Shown here piece after piece: positions 25,505 to 40,100 of a stretch of DNA of 64,000 nt (the stretch's first letter is position 1; every line of letters starts with the position of its first letter). Source of the stretch: Mobula hypostoma (taxonomy: Eukaryota); the NCBI RefSeq assembly GCF_963921235.1, contig NC_086101.1, positions 434,001 to 498,000 on the forward strand. The letters run 5' to 3'. The position numbers and the translations under genes were made by a program. The notes below the pieces were generated by a model. It was not told where the DNA came from. It ran no database searches and was given only the letters and a program-made list of their open reading frames with translations.

Positions 25505-26289
25505 TAATTAAAATGGCTTATTTGTTATGTTATAATCGAAAGAGCTTCTTTGTTATGTTAACTACTGAGAAAGTCCTCCCACTCGCAGTTTGTTTGAATC
25601 ACGTTACTGATAAGAAGACGTTATGAACCAATTGGGATAGTTGTTATGTTTTTGGTATGTCTGTGAGATATTGTATGCGCGGTGTTCTGGGGGGAGAAGG
25701 CGGGAGAGAGAGACAGAGGATGGACCAGGTGCTGTGATTCCGCTAACGGGGTCGGACCCCGAGCGGGGCGTTCGGCGAGGTGAGGAGACGGAGACGGACT
25801 CGTGTGGAGCGTCTGGTCGACCACCGTTGTTGGTCCCAGGCGGCCGGTCGAGGTGGTCCGAGGGGTCACAGGGACCTGAGCTCCAACTGTTTGTGCACGA
25901 AGAGATTGAACTTTGATAAGTGTGGCGCCTTTGATTTTTCTTTTTTATTTTATTCTCTCTTAATTATATAGTTCCAGTAATATCTATAAACTGTAAATCA
26001 TCTAATCGTATCTGGTGTATTGTCTGTTATTTGGACGGGGTAGGGTACATCACACAGCGTCCACACAAACTGATTACCCAGTCTGGCGGGGCCGAGGGCT
26101 GTTTCACTAGACGACAGCGAGCCGAGCGACCGTGAGGCTGACCAGGGGGGCTACATAAATATGCAGAAAATGGATCACTTTGAGGGAGATAGGTGTAGTA
26201 TAATTTGATACCATGGCTGGAATAGGCATCATGGGCCGAAGGACCTCCATCTAAGCAGTTTTATGTTTCATAGCTGCAATTATGTTTCA

Positions 26290-28690
26290 TCTAACACGAT
26301 GTAATTTACGGAGACCGGGACTGGGAACATCCGTTTTCCGGGATACTCAATATTCATCAAGATGAAAGTATGAGGACGAGGTTGGCCGTGTTCTTTGTAT
26401 GGTGATGATGGGGTATATGGATGAACCCATGAACACCATCTTAGTATTGCTCTCTTTTTGTACTGTTCATTTAACTGATTGTTATAGATTCTAATTGTAA
26501 TGTTTAACTTTTATTAATATGTCTCCCAATGTACTGTTTCGAGAGAACAACAAATTTGACAACGTATACCAATGATATTAAACTTGATTATGAAACATAG
26601 GCACGGTGAAGGGTAACGACGCTGAATGTGGAAATAATGAACAGCAGGGGAAAGAAGACATGGATAGGAATGGTTTCAAGGCCCCCGGGCTTTGCCTCTC
26701 AATGGGACAAATCATGAATGGGAAAATTGCAAACAAACGTAAAAAGGGAATCGTGTGCTTGAGTGGCTTTGATCACTATAATGATTAACCCAATGCAACT
26801 GGAATTCTTGGTGTGCTCAGAAACTGTTTCTTACAGTAGTGTCTTACATAACCTATCCAAGAACAGGCCATTTTTGACGTGTTTCTTTGTAATAAGATGG
26901 AATTATTAGATGATGTTGTATTGAAAGATCCCATGTAAGAAGTGGTCGCAAGAAGGAGAATTCAAGGAACCGTCTGAGGATGAGCACCCGGGTCTGGAAT
27001 CAATGTCCCCAACCTAAACAGGGACAATTACAGGGGAATGAATGTGTCGTAGTCTGAGGTAGACGTGGTAAATAGGCTCAAGACCAGGCATAACGGCCAG
27101 TAGACAAACAACCTAAATAGAGTGATTCCTGGGAAAGATGGTCAGCAAAGGAGGTCAAGATAAATATTGTATCAAAGACCATATAAGAAGCAGGGCAGGA
27201 GGTAGGGGGTAGACGGAGAATATTTCAGCAACCACAGAGAAGAGACACAAAAACTAAAGCGAACATAGACGCTGCAGATAAGTTAAATTAATACTGTGAT
27301 CAATGTTCATGGTGGGAGCAGGGCAAATACACCATCGATAATCTGCTGGATGGTACTTCAACAATGCAACAATCGGTAACAATCACTATCACTAAGGGGA
27401 ACAAAAACTAATGGGACTAAAAGAAATGTCATCAGGTCGCAACTATCTGCAGTGGAGTGTTTTAAATAATGACGCTGGAGATAAACTTAATAAATTTGCT
27501 AAAGTTTGACAAAGTTCATTATTTCAAGATGTAACCAGCAGCGCAGCTAGAGGGGAACCAATGATGTGCTGTGCTTATATTTTCAGAAAGCATTTGACAA
27601 GGATCCACATTAAAGGCTGCTGCACAAGACCAGAGCTCAGAGTACTGGTGGGAAATGTATTGACGAGGTTTGAAGACTGGTTTTCTCACAGAGACAGAAG
27701 CAGATTAAACAGGCCTGTTTCATTCTCAGAGGATGTAACTAATGTAGCCTAACGATCGGTTCTGGCCACTCAATAATTTAGTATTAATTTTAATATGCTG
27801 GAAGAGGGGACAGAGCATGAGGGGGTCGAAGTTGGTCAACAACCGTGAAAGAGGTAGGAATGGATGATGTGATAGGGACATTTAGTTCCAAAACATAAAA
27901 TAGAGAGATTGGGTGAGTGGGAGAAAACTTGGTAAATGGAGCTTCATGCATGTAAGTGTGCGGAGAGAGAGTGACGTCACAGCAGTGGAAGGATGGATTA
28001 CAAAGCAGACTATGGTTTCTGTGGGGATCGATTGTAAAGTACAAAGGGATCGAAGTTTCCTTGTGCATAAACCTCTGTGCTTACTAGCCAAGTGCAGCGA
28101 GCATTTAGGGACTGAAGTGGTATAACTGTCTTTGTTACGGAAGGGTTTGAAATGAGAAATCGGGAAACATTCGTACAGTTGAACAGGTGAGACCACACCT
28201 GCGGACAGTTCTGACCCCTAACTGCTGGTATTCGAGTCAGTACAACAGTGTTACATCAGGTCAGTTCCTGGGATAAGAGGGGTTTCTAGTAATGAGATTG
28301 CAGAGTAACTTTATCCAGGTATTTTGGACTTTAGAAAACTGAAGAGTGGCATTCCAGAAACACACGAAGTCCTTAGTGGTGCTGGCAGGGAAATATTGAG
28401 ATGTTTCCACCAGTAGGAGAAGCTGTAATGAGGGTTTAGAATTACAAGGTCGCAAAATGTCCATTTAAATCCAAGTTGTAGAGACCAGGCAGAGGATGGG
28501 TAATATCTGGAATTGTCTACCTCTGGAGGCCTGATCACTGCAGTGACTTAAAGAAGATGGAGATGGGTTTTGGGAATAACAGGGAAGTGAGGGTGATGTA
28601 GAACTGCTGGAGAAGAAAGGTTGAGGCCTGGAACAGATCAGCCAGGATCACATTGAATAGTGGGGTACAGGTGAGGGAACAGGAGGACAA
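26290..28690 (+). mobile_element. Highly decayed CR1-like LINE
   Basis: Recognisable remnants of APE/RT landmarks in CR1 order but no long ORF. Confidence 0.55.
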
Positions 28691-28699
28691 CTCACGTGC

Positions 28700-30064
28700 G
28701 AATCACTAGATTATGGAATCATTCCGGAGGACTGGAAAATCGCAAATGTCACTCCAGTCTTTATTAAGGAAGGGTATCAGAAGAATGGAAATTATAGGCT
28801 CGTTAGCCTGCTTCAGTGTCTGGGATGATGTTAGAGTCCATTATTAAGGACGAGGTTTTGGGTAGCAGGTACGTATGATAACGTATGCCGATGTAGGCAT
28901 GGTTTTCATCAGGGGAATCTTGCCTGTCAAATCGACAAAATTTTTTGTTGAAATAACAGGCAGGATAGATAAAGAAGTATCAGTGGATTTGGGTTCCCTG
29001 AGTTTTGAAAAGCCTTTGACAATGCCGTATATGAGGGTACTTGGCAAGATAAGATCCCATGGTATTGCAGGAAGAAATCTAAGATAGATGAAAGGTTACC
29101 TGAATGGCAGGAAGTAAAGAATAGGATAAAGGGTTTTTTTTCTGATTGGGATCCGGTGACTACTGGTGTTTCGCAGGGGTCAGTGTAGCGCCTGCTACTT
29201 TTCATAGAATGAAGCATGGTAACATAGAATACCTAAAGCGCAATACAGGCTCTTCGGCTCACAAAGCTATGCCGAACATGACTTTACCTTAGACAGAGTC
29301 ATGTTATATTTGATGATGGCGTCATGGCTCTGCAGACGATAAGAAGACAGATATGAAAACAGTTAGTGGAGATGAAGCAGGTTGGCTGCAGAAGCAGCTG
29401 GACAGTTTGGGAGAATGAGTAAAGAGGTGGCCGATAGAATACAGTGTCGGGAAGTGTATGGCCACATACCTTGTTAGTAGAAATGAAAGGAGTAACCATT
29501 TTCCAAATGGAGAGAAAATAGAACAAAACTGAGGAGTATGGAAGGGCTTGTGCAGGATTGCTTAACGGTTAATTTGCAGGTCGAGTCTCTGGTGAGGTAG
29601 GCAAATGCGATGTTAGCATTCATTTCAAGAGAATAGAATGTAAAAACGAGGATGTAAGCTTCGATAAAACACTGGTGAGGCCTCGCGTGGAGTATTGTGA
29701 GCAGGTTCGGGCCCTTACCTGAGTAAGGATGGAGAGGATTCAAGGGTAGAGAGGGTTCAAAGGATTTTCAGGAAAATGATTCCACGATTTAACGGTTTGT
29801 CATATGATGAGCGTTTGATGGTTTTGGGCCTGTATTCACTGTAATTCCGAAGAAAGAGGGGTGACGCAATTGAAACCTATCAAATACTGAAAGACCTTGA
29901 TAGAGTGGATGTTCCTTCCAGTGGGCAAGTCTATTACCAGAGGACACCGACTCAGATTAGGGAGGCGACGTTTTAGAACAGAGCTGAAGAGGTATATCTT
30001 TAGCCCAGAGAGTGGTGAATGAATGGAATTTGTTGCCACAGGCAGCTGTGGGCGCGCAGTCGTA
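28700..30064 (+). mobile_element. Old CR1 (RT region); its 3' end resumes at ~33631-33740 after a younger insertion
   Basis: PEDWKIANVTP, GVSQGSV and RPRVEYC remnants; continuation GGTAGATAGATTCTTGAT after 33630. Confidence 0.75.
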
Positions 30065-30070
30065 GGTATA

Positions 30071-33000
30071 CTGAGCCTGGCGCTCTTGTGCAGGAGGGAA
30101 GGAAGGAGAAGAGGAATGCGGTAGTCATAGGGGATTCCATAGTTAGGAGAACAGAAAGGAGATTCTGTGAGCCTGATAGAGATACCCGCATGGTGTGTTG
30201 CCTCCCAGGTGCCAGGGTATGGGATGTCTCGTATCGGGTCAAGAATATTTTGAAGGGAGAGGGTGAGCAGTCAGTTGTCTTGATACGTGTTGGTACCAAT
30301 GACATAGATAGGAGAAGGGAGGTGGTCCTGAAGAGAGATTTCCGGGAGATATGAAGGAAGCTGAGAGGCAGGACCTCCCGGGCAGTAATCATGATGGCTA
30401 CCTGTGCCACGTGCCAGCGAGGTCAAGAATAGTAGGATCAGGCAGATGAATGCGTGGCTGAGAGACTGGTGCAGGGGGCAGGGCTTCAAATTCTTGGATC
30501 ATTGGGATCTCTCCTGGAGGAAGCATGACCTGTTCAAAATGGACAGGTTACATCTGAACCCGAAGAGGACCAATATCCTGGCAGGAAGGTTTAATAGAGC
30601 TGTTAGGGAAGGTTTAAACTAATTTGGCAGGGGGATGAGAACAGGAATGATAGAGCGGAGGAAGGGGAAAACACTAAAGACAGACAGACAGGTAATGGGG
30701 CAAATTTGCAGCCATTGAGGTGAGTTCCAGTGCAATAAATTTGCAGTGCCAAATACTGGTCTTAAGGTGTTATACTTAACTGCAAGCAGAATAAGGAATA
30801 AGGTGGATGATCTTGTCGTACAGCTACAGATTGGCAGGTATGATATTGTGCCCATCACTGAGACGTGGCTAAAGGATACATGTCTCTGAGAGCTGAACGT
30901 CCAAGACTACACGATGTATCCGAAGGATACGAAGGTAGGCAGAGGGGCTGACGTGGCTTTATTGGTAAGAAATGATATTAAATCATTAGAAAGAGGTGAT
31001 ATGGGAACGGAAGGTGCAGAATCTCTATGAGTTGAGCTAAGAAATCGCAGGGGTAAAAGGACCTTGATGGCAGTTATATACAGGCCTCCAAACAGCTGCA
31101 GTGATGTGGACTACAAATTACAACAGGAAATAGAAAAGGCTTGTCAGAAGGGCTGAATTATGATAATTGTGGGGGATTTTAACATGCGAGTAGATTGGGA
31201 AAATAGGTCAGCACTGGATCTCAAGAGAGAGAATTTGTTGAATGTCTGCGAGATGGCTTTTCAGACCAGCTTGTTGTTGAGCCCACTGGGGATTGGCTGG
31301 ACTGGATTGGGTATTGTGTAATGAACCGGAGGTGATTAGATAGATTGAGGTGAAGGAACCCTTAGGAGGCAGTGATCATAACATGATCGAGTTCACTGTG
31401 AAATTTGAAAAGGAAAAGCCGAAATCTGATGTGTCAGTATTTCAGTGGAGTAAAGGAAATTACAGTGGCATGAGAGGGGAACTAGCCAAAGATGACTGGA
31501 AAGCGACACTGGCGGAAAAGACGGCAGAGCAACAGTGGCTGGAGTTTATGCAAGAAGTGAGGAAGGTGCAAGATGGGTATATTCCAAAAAAGAATAAATT
31601 TTCGAATTGGAAAAGGATGCAACCATGGTTGACGAGAGGAGTCAAAGCCAAAGCTAAGCAAAGGAGAGGGCATACAAGGAAGCAACAATGAGTGGGAAGA
31701 CAGTCGATTGGGAAGCTTTTAAACGCTTAGATAAGGAAACTTAAGAGGGAAAAGATTAACTATGAAAGGAAGCTAGCAAGTAATATCAAAGAGGATATAA
31801 AAGCTTTTTCAAGTGTATAAAGAGTAAAAGACAGGTGAGAGTAGATATAGGACCGATAGAGAATGATGCTGGAAAAATTGTAATGGGAGATAAGGAGATG
31901 GCGGAGGAACTGAACGAGTATTTTGCATTAGCCTTCACTGAGGAAGACATCAGCAGTATACCGGACACTCAAGAGTGGCAGGGAAGAGAGGTGTGCGCAG
32001 TCACAATTACGACAAAGTACTCAGGAAGCTGAATAGTCTAAAGGTAGATAAATTTTCAGAACCACATGGAATGCACCTCTTGTTCTGAAGGAAATACTGT
32101 GGAGATTGCGGAGGTATTAGCAATGATCTTTCAAAAGTCGATAGATTCTTGCATGGTTCCGGAGGACTGGAAGATTGGAAATGTCACTCCGCTATTTAAG
32201 AAGGGGGCAAGGAAGCAAAAAGGAAATTGTAGACCTGCTAGCTTGACATCGGTGGTTGGGAAGTTGTTGGGGTCGATTATCAAGGATGAGGTTATGGAGT
32301 ACCTGGAGGCATATCACAAGACAGGCAGAACTCAGCATAGTATCCTTAAAGGAAAATTCTGCCTGACAAACTTATTACAAGTGTTAATGAAATTAAAAGT
32401 AGGCTAGACAAGGGAGATGCAGTGGATGTTGTATATTTGGATTTTCAGAAGGCCTTTGACAAGGTGCCACACATGAGGCTACTTAACTAGATAAGAGCCC
32501 ATGAAATTACGGGAAAGTTACATACATGGATAGAGCATTGGCTGATTGGCAAGAAACAGAGAGTGGGAATAAAGGGATCCTAATCTGGTTGGCTGCCGGT
32601 TACCAGTCGTATTCCACAGGGGTCGGTGTAGGGGCCGCTTCTTTTTACGTTGTATATCAACGATTTGGATTATGGAATAGATGACCTTGTGGCTAAGTTT
32701 GCTGATGGTACGAAGATAGGTGGAGGGGCCAATAGTGCTGAGGAAGCAGAAAGTCTGCAGAGAGACTTGGATAGATTGGAAGAATGGGCAAAGAAGTGGC
32801 AAATGAAATACAATGTTGGAAAGTGTATGGTTATGCACTTTGGCAGAAGAAATAAACGGGCAGACTATTATTTCAATGGGGAGAGAATTCAAAGCTCTGC
32901 GATGCAACGGGACTTGGGAGTCCTGGTGCAGGATACCCTTAAGGTTAACCTTCAGGTTGAGTCGGTGGTGAAGAAGGCGAATGCAATGTTGGCTTTCATT

Positions 33001-33624
33001 TGTAGAGGAATGGAGTGTAGATGTGATGTTGAGCCTCTATAAGGCGCTGGTGAGACCTCACTAGGAGTACTGTGGGCAGTTTTGGTCTCATTATTTAAGA
33101 AAGGATGCACTGACGTTGGAGAGGGTACAGAAAAGATTCACTAGAATGATTCCGGGAATGAGAGGGTTAACATATGAGGAACGTTTGTCCACTCTTGGAC
33201 TGTATTCCTTGGTGTTTAGAAGAATGAGGTGGGACGTCATAGAAACATTTCGAACGTTGGAAGGCATAGTCAGAGTGGATGTGGCAAAGTTGTTTCCCAT
33301 GGTGGGGGAGTCTAGTACGAGACGGCATGACTTAAGGATTGAAGGGTGCCCATTCAGAACAGAAATGCGAAGATTTTTTTTTAGCCAGTTGGTGGTGAAT
33401 CTATGGAATTTGTTGCCACGGGCGGCAGTGGAGGCCAAGTCATTGAGAGTATTTAAGGCAGAGATTGACAGGTATCTGAGTAGCCAGGGCATCAAAGGTT
33501 TTGGTGAGAAGGCGGGGCAGTGGGACTAAATGGGAGAATGGATCAGCTCATGATAAAATGGCGGAGCAGACTCGATGGGCCGAATGGCCGATTTCAGCTC
33601 CTTTGTCTTATGGTATTCTCTTAT
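30071..33624 (+). mobile_element. Long CR1 LINE: ORF1 SGNH-esterase part plus disrupted ORF2 (APE+RT)
   Basis: VIGDSIVR...CLPGA...VGTND...LHLN (GDSL/SGNH), then YRPP, GDFN, SDHN and RT; possible TSD GGTATA (30065-30070, 33625-33630). Confidence 0.93.
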
Positions 33625-34107
33625 GGTATAGGTAGATAGATTCTTGATGGATCAGGGCGTGAAGGAATATGTTGAAAAGGCGGGATAGTGGGGCTGAGAG
33701 GAAAATTTGACCAGCCATAATGGAATGGCGGAACAGTCAGCAAACACTTCCTGTGTATGTTCCAGGAAGTCAATGTCGTTCTCTCTCACATCTAGAGAGT
33801 TCGTGTCTGTCCTCGATTAAAGATAGATACAGAAAATTAATTTAATATCTCTCCATCTCTTTGGCTCCGATCTTCCAGACGACCAATTTTGTAATCCTCA
33901 ATAATTAGGTTGTCATTCATCTTGTTTGTTAGGGCAACCTCATGCTGCATCTATTAAAATCCTGGGATGCTTATACCTGCCAACTTGACATTTTATTCGG
34001 AAAGGCGAAAACAAGTTTATACTCTCATAATTTCATCTTTGAAATCTTCCCACTTACCACGTGCACCTTTGCCAGAAAGCAGCCTGTCAAAATCCACACT
34101 TGACAGA

Positions 34108-37100
34108 TCATTTCAGATACAGTACACTAAACCACAGCGCCCCACTTAAACAGGCCCATGCGTCTTCCACCCTGGAGACTGTATACTGGTCGGGAACCGT
34201 GCGCCGGTTCAGGGTCCTATAGTCCACGCACATGCGTACCTTCCCATTTTTCTTCCTTGCCACCACTATGGGAGACGCATAGGGGCTTCGGGACTCCGGG
34301 ATAATCCCTGCATTCTTCAACTGCCGCAAGTTCTGCCGCACATCTTCCACATCTGCTGGGACCAACCGCCGCGACCTTTTTCTAAACGGGGTGTCATTTG
34401 TCACCCGGATAGTGTGCCGAGCGCTCTTGGAACATCCCACATCAAACTCGCCCTGAGAAAAGACATCCCCTAGCTTCAGCATCTTCTCCACCAGCCTGCT
34501 CTTATACTCCAGCGGTACAGGGGAGTCTTTAAAATTAAAGGCCTCCTCGGTCACCCCGTTCTCCAATAGTTTTCCTCCAGTGGGCCTCACGGGGGCGCTA
34601 GACATCGCTGTCACCGGGAACAAGTGCGCAAGGGGCATCCCGCGCTTAAAGGTGGTCTCCCTCTCCGTTATGTTCCTTACCATCACCCCCATCCGCCGTG
34701 CCTGTACAGCTGAGGGCCTCTGTAATTCAGGTCTCACCAGCGCCCCAGCGGGAACCGGGACGCCCCTTCCAGGTCTTCCGGGGCGTCTACTAACAGGGCC
34801 TCACCCGCTGGTATTCCGGGGTATCTGGGGGTCCCCATCACTAATGCCACCTCCCCTGGCCGTATCACCTTAGGCCTCACCTGAGTACACCACACCGTCC
34901 CTCGTTTGCACTCAGGATCCAGCCCCTGGGGGTCACCCACTCCTTCGTACACCGCTCGAAACGCTGGGTGTACCGAGAGGGTCTCCAGAAAGTTCTCCCC
35001 CGCCTTCTCCTTACAGGCTCCCAGGAGCCGTCGCACCAGAGGAGAGTTAGTCCCCACCAGCAGGGCAGCGCCACCGATTTCCACTGGGTCCGGACAAACC
35101 AAAACTAACGTCTCAAGGGCTTCCGACACTCCCACATCGCCCTCCGAGAATTCCAATCTCACTGGCAGGTACCCATCGTACGGGTAATCACCGTCACTTA
35201 TGTCCCAAATCTCCAGTGCATTAAACGGGGTTACTGGCAAATGTTTCAGATATTTGTTGTAGAACGACCGGTCCAGTAAGGTAACCTGCGATCCTGTGTC
35301 AAGGATGACGTTTGCAAAGATTCCCTCTATCCGTAGGGATACGCTGGAACGGGGTCCCACCAGTCCATCCGGAATAAGGGCTTGGGCTTTCGGGGGTACC
35401 ATGGCTGCTTTCCGGGAACGTGTTCCTCCTGAGACTCCAGTCCGTTCCCTCACTGAGTCTTTCCTAAGTTTCCCGACACCTCTCCCTTCTTAGTGGCCCG
35501 GGGGCCCTCCCTCCTCGGAGCATCTCGACTCTCATAATCCCTCCGCAAGTGACCCGCTTCCCCACAGCTGTAGCACACCCCCGGCCACTCACATTCCCGC
35601 CGGAAATGCCCCTCTCTCTCCCGCAGTTATAGTACCCGCTACCCGCTGCCTCTCTGCTCCCGGAACGCCCCCCGAAGGGCGTACTCCCCCTGTCCCTCCC
35701 CCGCCCCCCCGGGACCCCTTGGATTTCTCTGTTCTCAACCCAGTTACCACCTCCTGAACCGCTGAAGACCATCCCCGGGGGTCAGAGCCCCCTTTTCGGC
35801 CCGAAGCTCTCTCTTCCTCCCGCACCTCTTTAATCAGCTGCCCGAATGATGGAGGGGCTGCGGGGGGGGGGGGGTTCCTCTTATATGACTGCCGGATACT
35901 CCAAGCCACCCTGTCATCCTCCCGGGATCCGTTACATATCTGACTCATCCTCAACTTCGCCACTTCATCCGCCTTCACTACCCCTCGGCGCCGCAATCCT
36001 GTAAGCTTCCCTTCCAGCCGGAAAATGTATTCTGAGAGCTTCTCCCTCTTCCCTGCCCCATTTTTTGAAACTCCGCTAAAAGTCGCCAGGGACCTCCTGA
36101 CAGTCCAAACACTTCCTCCAAGGCGTCCAAACGCTCAACAGGGAAACCGAGGGCCGTTCCGTTCTCAGCTCACGGATTACGCTGGCCGCCCCTCCCCTCA
36201 GACTTTCCACCAATCTCTGTCTCTTGTCCTCATCCGAAACTGACCACGCCTCTAACAACAGGGATAGGAAGGTAGGCAAAGGGGGAGGCGTGGCTTTATT
36301 GGTAAGAAATGATATTAAATCTTTAGAAAAAGGTGATATAGGATCGGAAGGTGCAGAATCTTTATGGGTTGAGCGAAGGAATAGCAGGGGTAAAAGGACC
36401 CTGGTGGCAGTTATTTATAGGCCTCCAAACAGCTGCAGGGATGTGGACTACAAATTACAACTGGAAATAGAAAAGGCTTGTCAGAAGGGCAGTGTTATGA
36501 TAATTGTGGGGGATTTTAACATGCGAATAGATTGGAAAAATCAGGTCGGCACTGGATCTCTAGAGAGAGAATTTGTAGAATGTCTGCGAGATGGCTTTTT
36601 AGAACAGCTTGTTGTTGAGCCCACCAGGGGATCGGCTGTACTGGATTGGGTATTGTGTAATGAACCGGAGGTGATTGGAGAGATTGAGGTGAAGGAACCC
36701 TTAGGAGGCAGTGATCATAACATGATTGAGTTCACTGTGAAATTAGAAAAAGAGAAGCCGAACTCTGATGTGTCGGTGTTTCAGTGGAGTAAAGGAAACT
36801 ACAGTGGCATGAGAGAGGAACTGGCCAAAGTTGACTGGAAAGAGACACTGGCGGGAAAGACGGCAGAGCAGCAGTGGCTGGAGTTTATGCGAGAAATGAG
36901 GAATGTGCAAGACAGGTATATTCCAAAAAAGAAGAAATTTTCGAGTGGAAAACGGATGCAACCGTGGTTGACAAGAGAAGTCAAAGCCAAAGTTAAAGCA
37001 AAGGAGAGGGCATACAAGGAAGCAAAAATTAGTGGGAAGACAGAGGATTGTGAGATCTTTAAAACCTTACAAGAGGAAACCAAGAAGGTCATTAAGAGAG

Positions 37101-40100
37101 AAAAGATTAACTATGAAAGGAAACTAGCAAATAATATCGAAGAGGATACTAAAAGCTTTTTAAAGTATATAACGAGTAAAAGACAGGTGAGAGTAGATAT
37201 AGGACCGATAGAAAATGATACTGGAGAAATTGTAATGGGAGATGAGGAGATGGCAGAGGAACTGAACAAGTATTTTGCATCAGTCTTCACTGAGGAAGAC
37301 AGCAGGATACCGGACACTCAAGGATGGCAGGCAAGAGAAGTGTGCGCTGTCACAATTACGACAGAGAAAGTACTCAGGAAGCTGAATAGGCTGAAGGTCG
37401 ATAAATCTCCTGGACCAGATGGAATGCACCCTCGTCTTCTGAAGGAAGTAGCTGTGGAGATTGCGGAGGCATTAGCAATGATCTTTCAAAAGTCGATAGA
37501 TTCTGGCATGGTTCTGGAGGACTGGAAGATTGCAAATGTCACACCGCTATTTAAGAAGGGGGCAAGGAAGCAAAAAGGAAATTGTAGACCTGTTAGCTTG
37601 ACGTCGGTGGTTGGGAAGTTGTTGGAATCGATTGTCAAGGATGAGGTTACAGAGTACCTGGAGGCATATGACAAGATAGGCAGAACTCAGCATGGATTCC
37701 TTAAAGGAAAATCCTGCCTGACAAACCTATTACAATTTTTTGAGGAAATTACCAGTAGGCTAGACAAGGGAGATGCAGTGGATGTTGTATATTTGGATTT
37801 TCAGAAGGCCTTTGACAAGGTGCCACACATGAGGCTGCTTAACAAGATAAGAGCCCATGGAATTATAGGAAAGTTACATACGTGGATAGAGCGTTGGTTG
37901 ATTGGCAGGAAACAGAGAGTGGGAATAAAGGGATCCTATTCTGGTTGGCTGCCGGTTACCAGTGGTGTTCCACAGGGATCAGTGTTGGGGCCGCTTCTTT
38001 TTACATTGTACATCAACGATTTGGATTATGGAATAGATGGCTTTGTGGCTAAGTTTGCTAACGATGCGAAGATAGGTGGAGGGGCCGGTAGTGCTGAGGA
38101 AATGGAGAGTCTGCGGAGAGACTTGGATAGATTGGAAGAATGGGCAGAGAAGTGGCAAATGAAGTACAATGTTGAAAAGTGTATGGTTATGCACTTTGGC
38201 AGAAAAAATAAACGGGCAGACTATTATTTAAATGTGGAAAGAATTCAAAGTTCTGAGATGCAACGGGACTTGGGAGTCCTCGTACAGGATTCCCTTAAAG
38301 TTAACCTCCAGGTTGAGTCAGTAGTGAAGAAGGCGAATGCAATGTTGGAATTCATTTCCAGAGGAATAGAGTATAGGAGCAGGGATGTGATGTTGAGTCT
38401 CTATAAGGCGCTGGTGAGACCTCACTTGCAGTACTGTGGGCAGTTTTGGTCTCCTTATTTAAGAAAGGATGTGCTGACGTTGGAGAGGGTAGAGAGAAGA
38501 TTCACTAGAATGATTCCGGGAATGAGAGGGTTAACATATGAGGAACGTTTGTCCGCTCTCGGACTGTATTCCTTGGTGTTTAGAAGAATGAGGGGAGACC
38601 TCATAGAAACATTTCGAATGTTAAAAGGCATGGACAGAGTGGATGTGGCAAAGTTGTTTCCTATGATGGGGGAGTCTAGTCCGAGAGGGCATGACTTCAG
38701 GATTGAAGGGCGCCCTTTCGGAACAGAAATGCGAAAAAATTTTTTTGTCAGAGGGTGGTGAATCTATGGAATTTGTTGCCACGGGCAGCAGGGAGGCCAA
38801 GTCATTGGGTGTCTTTAAGGCAGAGATTGATAAGTATCTGAGTAGCCAGGGCATCAAAGGTTATGGTGAGAAGGAGGGGCAGTGGGACTAAATAGGATAA
38901 AATGGATCAGCTCATGATAAAATGGCGGAGCAGACTCGATGGCCTGCTTCTGCTCCTTTGTCTTATGGTCTTATGGTCTTATATTCTCAATCCATATCTC
39001 ATTGTCGTTCTCTCCTTCCTGGGTGGGCATGGCTCCTGAGAAAATTCTCAGCTTCGGGCGGGGCCCCTCAACCCTTCTCGCCAGGGAGGTAATGGCTGCC
39101 GCTAACTCGGAAGTCTCACCCCTAACTGGGGGACGGGGCCTGGACAAGCCTTCCCACTCTAACCCTCCACCCCTGGCTCCTGGCACCTCCCCTGGGGCCT
39201 CATCTAGCTCCTCCTCCGGCACCTCCTCACTTTCGTCCTCCGGGATGGTGTGGAGACCCCACGGCTCCGCCTCCCCCTGGACGTAGACTGTCGCTGGTAG
39301 TTCCAACGTCATGACGTCGGCACTCGTCCGAACCAACACCCAGCTAACTCCTTTTCTTTCCCACACCTTCTAGCTATAAGTTCTACCTGCCCGATACCTT
39401 TAATCAAACTCAACCCTCGCACTAGTACATCTGCCGAAATGCGGAAATCGACCCCGCTGAGCACGCACGCATGATCCACCGGTAGTTCCTCTAATTTACA
39501 CCAATTTACAATCTTATCTCGATTCATGTTCGCACCACTTAACGCGGCAACTATTACAGCTTTACCGAAAATCCAAATCCGGGACGGTAGCCCCAACTTG
39601 TAACGCTCAGCTATATTAGCTCGTATATGTCGAGGGGAAGTCCCGCCCAGCACCTGCCTGAAGGCTTCACGCTGAGTCGGTCTCTGCACCACTGCCGCCC
39701 GAATCAATCCCAAACATCAATCATCAGCCAGCACACACAGTACGTTTTACCAAGTACACTTTATAGATATTACTAAGTCTATGAGATTAATATAAGTTCG
39801 ATACAGAAAAGGAAGTGGTGGGGGAAAAAGGCACCAGACTTATCAAAGTCCAAGTTCTTTGTGCACAACCGTTGGAGCTCAATAAATTCCTGATGACCAC
39901 CCGGATCCTGTCGACTCACGGATCGGGACCACCCGGAGTGATAGACCGGAGTATTTCCGCACGTCCGCCGTCCTCCCCGCCTCTTCTCCGACTCCCCGCC
40001 AAAAACCCCGTCCACAGTCATATGATACAGCATTATCACCCGAAAAAACGATAACATGAATACCCATTGGCTGATAACACCCTGCTGTCTGTATTAACCA

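Larger units (their letters stand above)
19572..26155 (+). mobile_element. Complete non-autonomous Gypsy LTR element (LTR-PBS-gag-PR-partial RT-myosin insert-IN tail-PPT-LTR) with a CR1 inside its 3' LTR
   Basis: 5' LTR 19572-20263; PBS TGTGGGCTTTTGTCCGGGATT resembles the tRNA-Pro complement; PPT GGTGGGGGGGAGAG at 23050-23063; 3' LTR 23064-26155; 4-bp TSD TAAA (19568-19571, 26156-26159); the flanks rejoin into an old CR1 3' end. Confidence 0.92.

Noticed and set aside
33746..33770. Small inverted repeat ACTTCCTG...CAGGAAGT (paired ETS-like sites)
   Set aside because: 8-bp arms between decayed LINEs with no associated gene; insufficient evidence.
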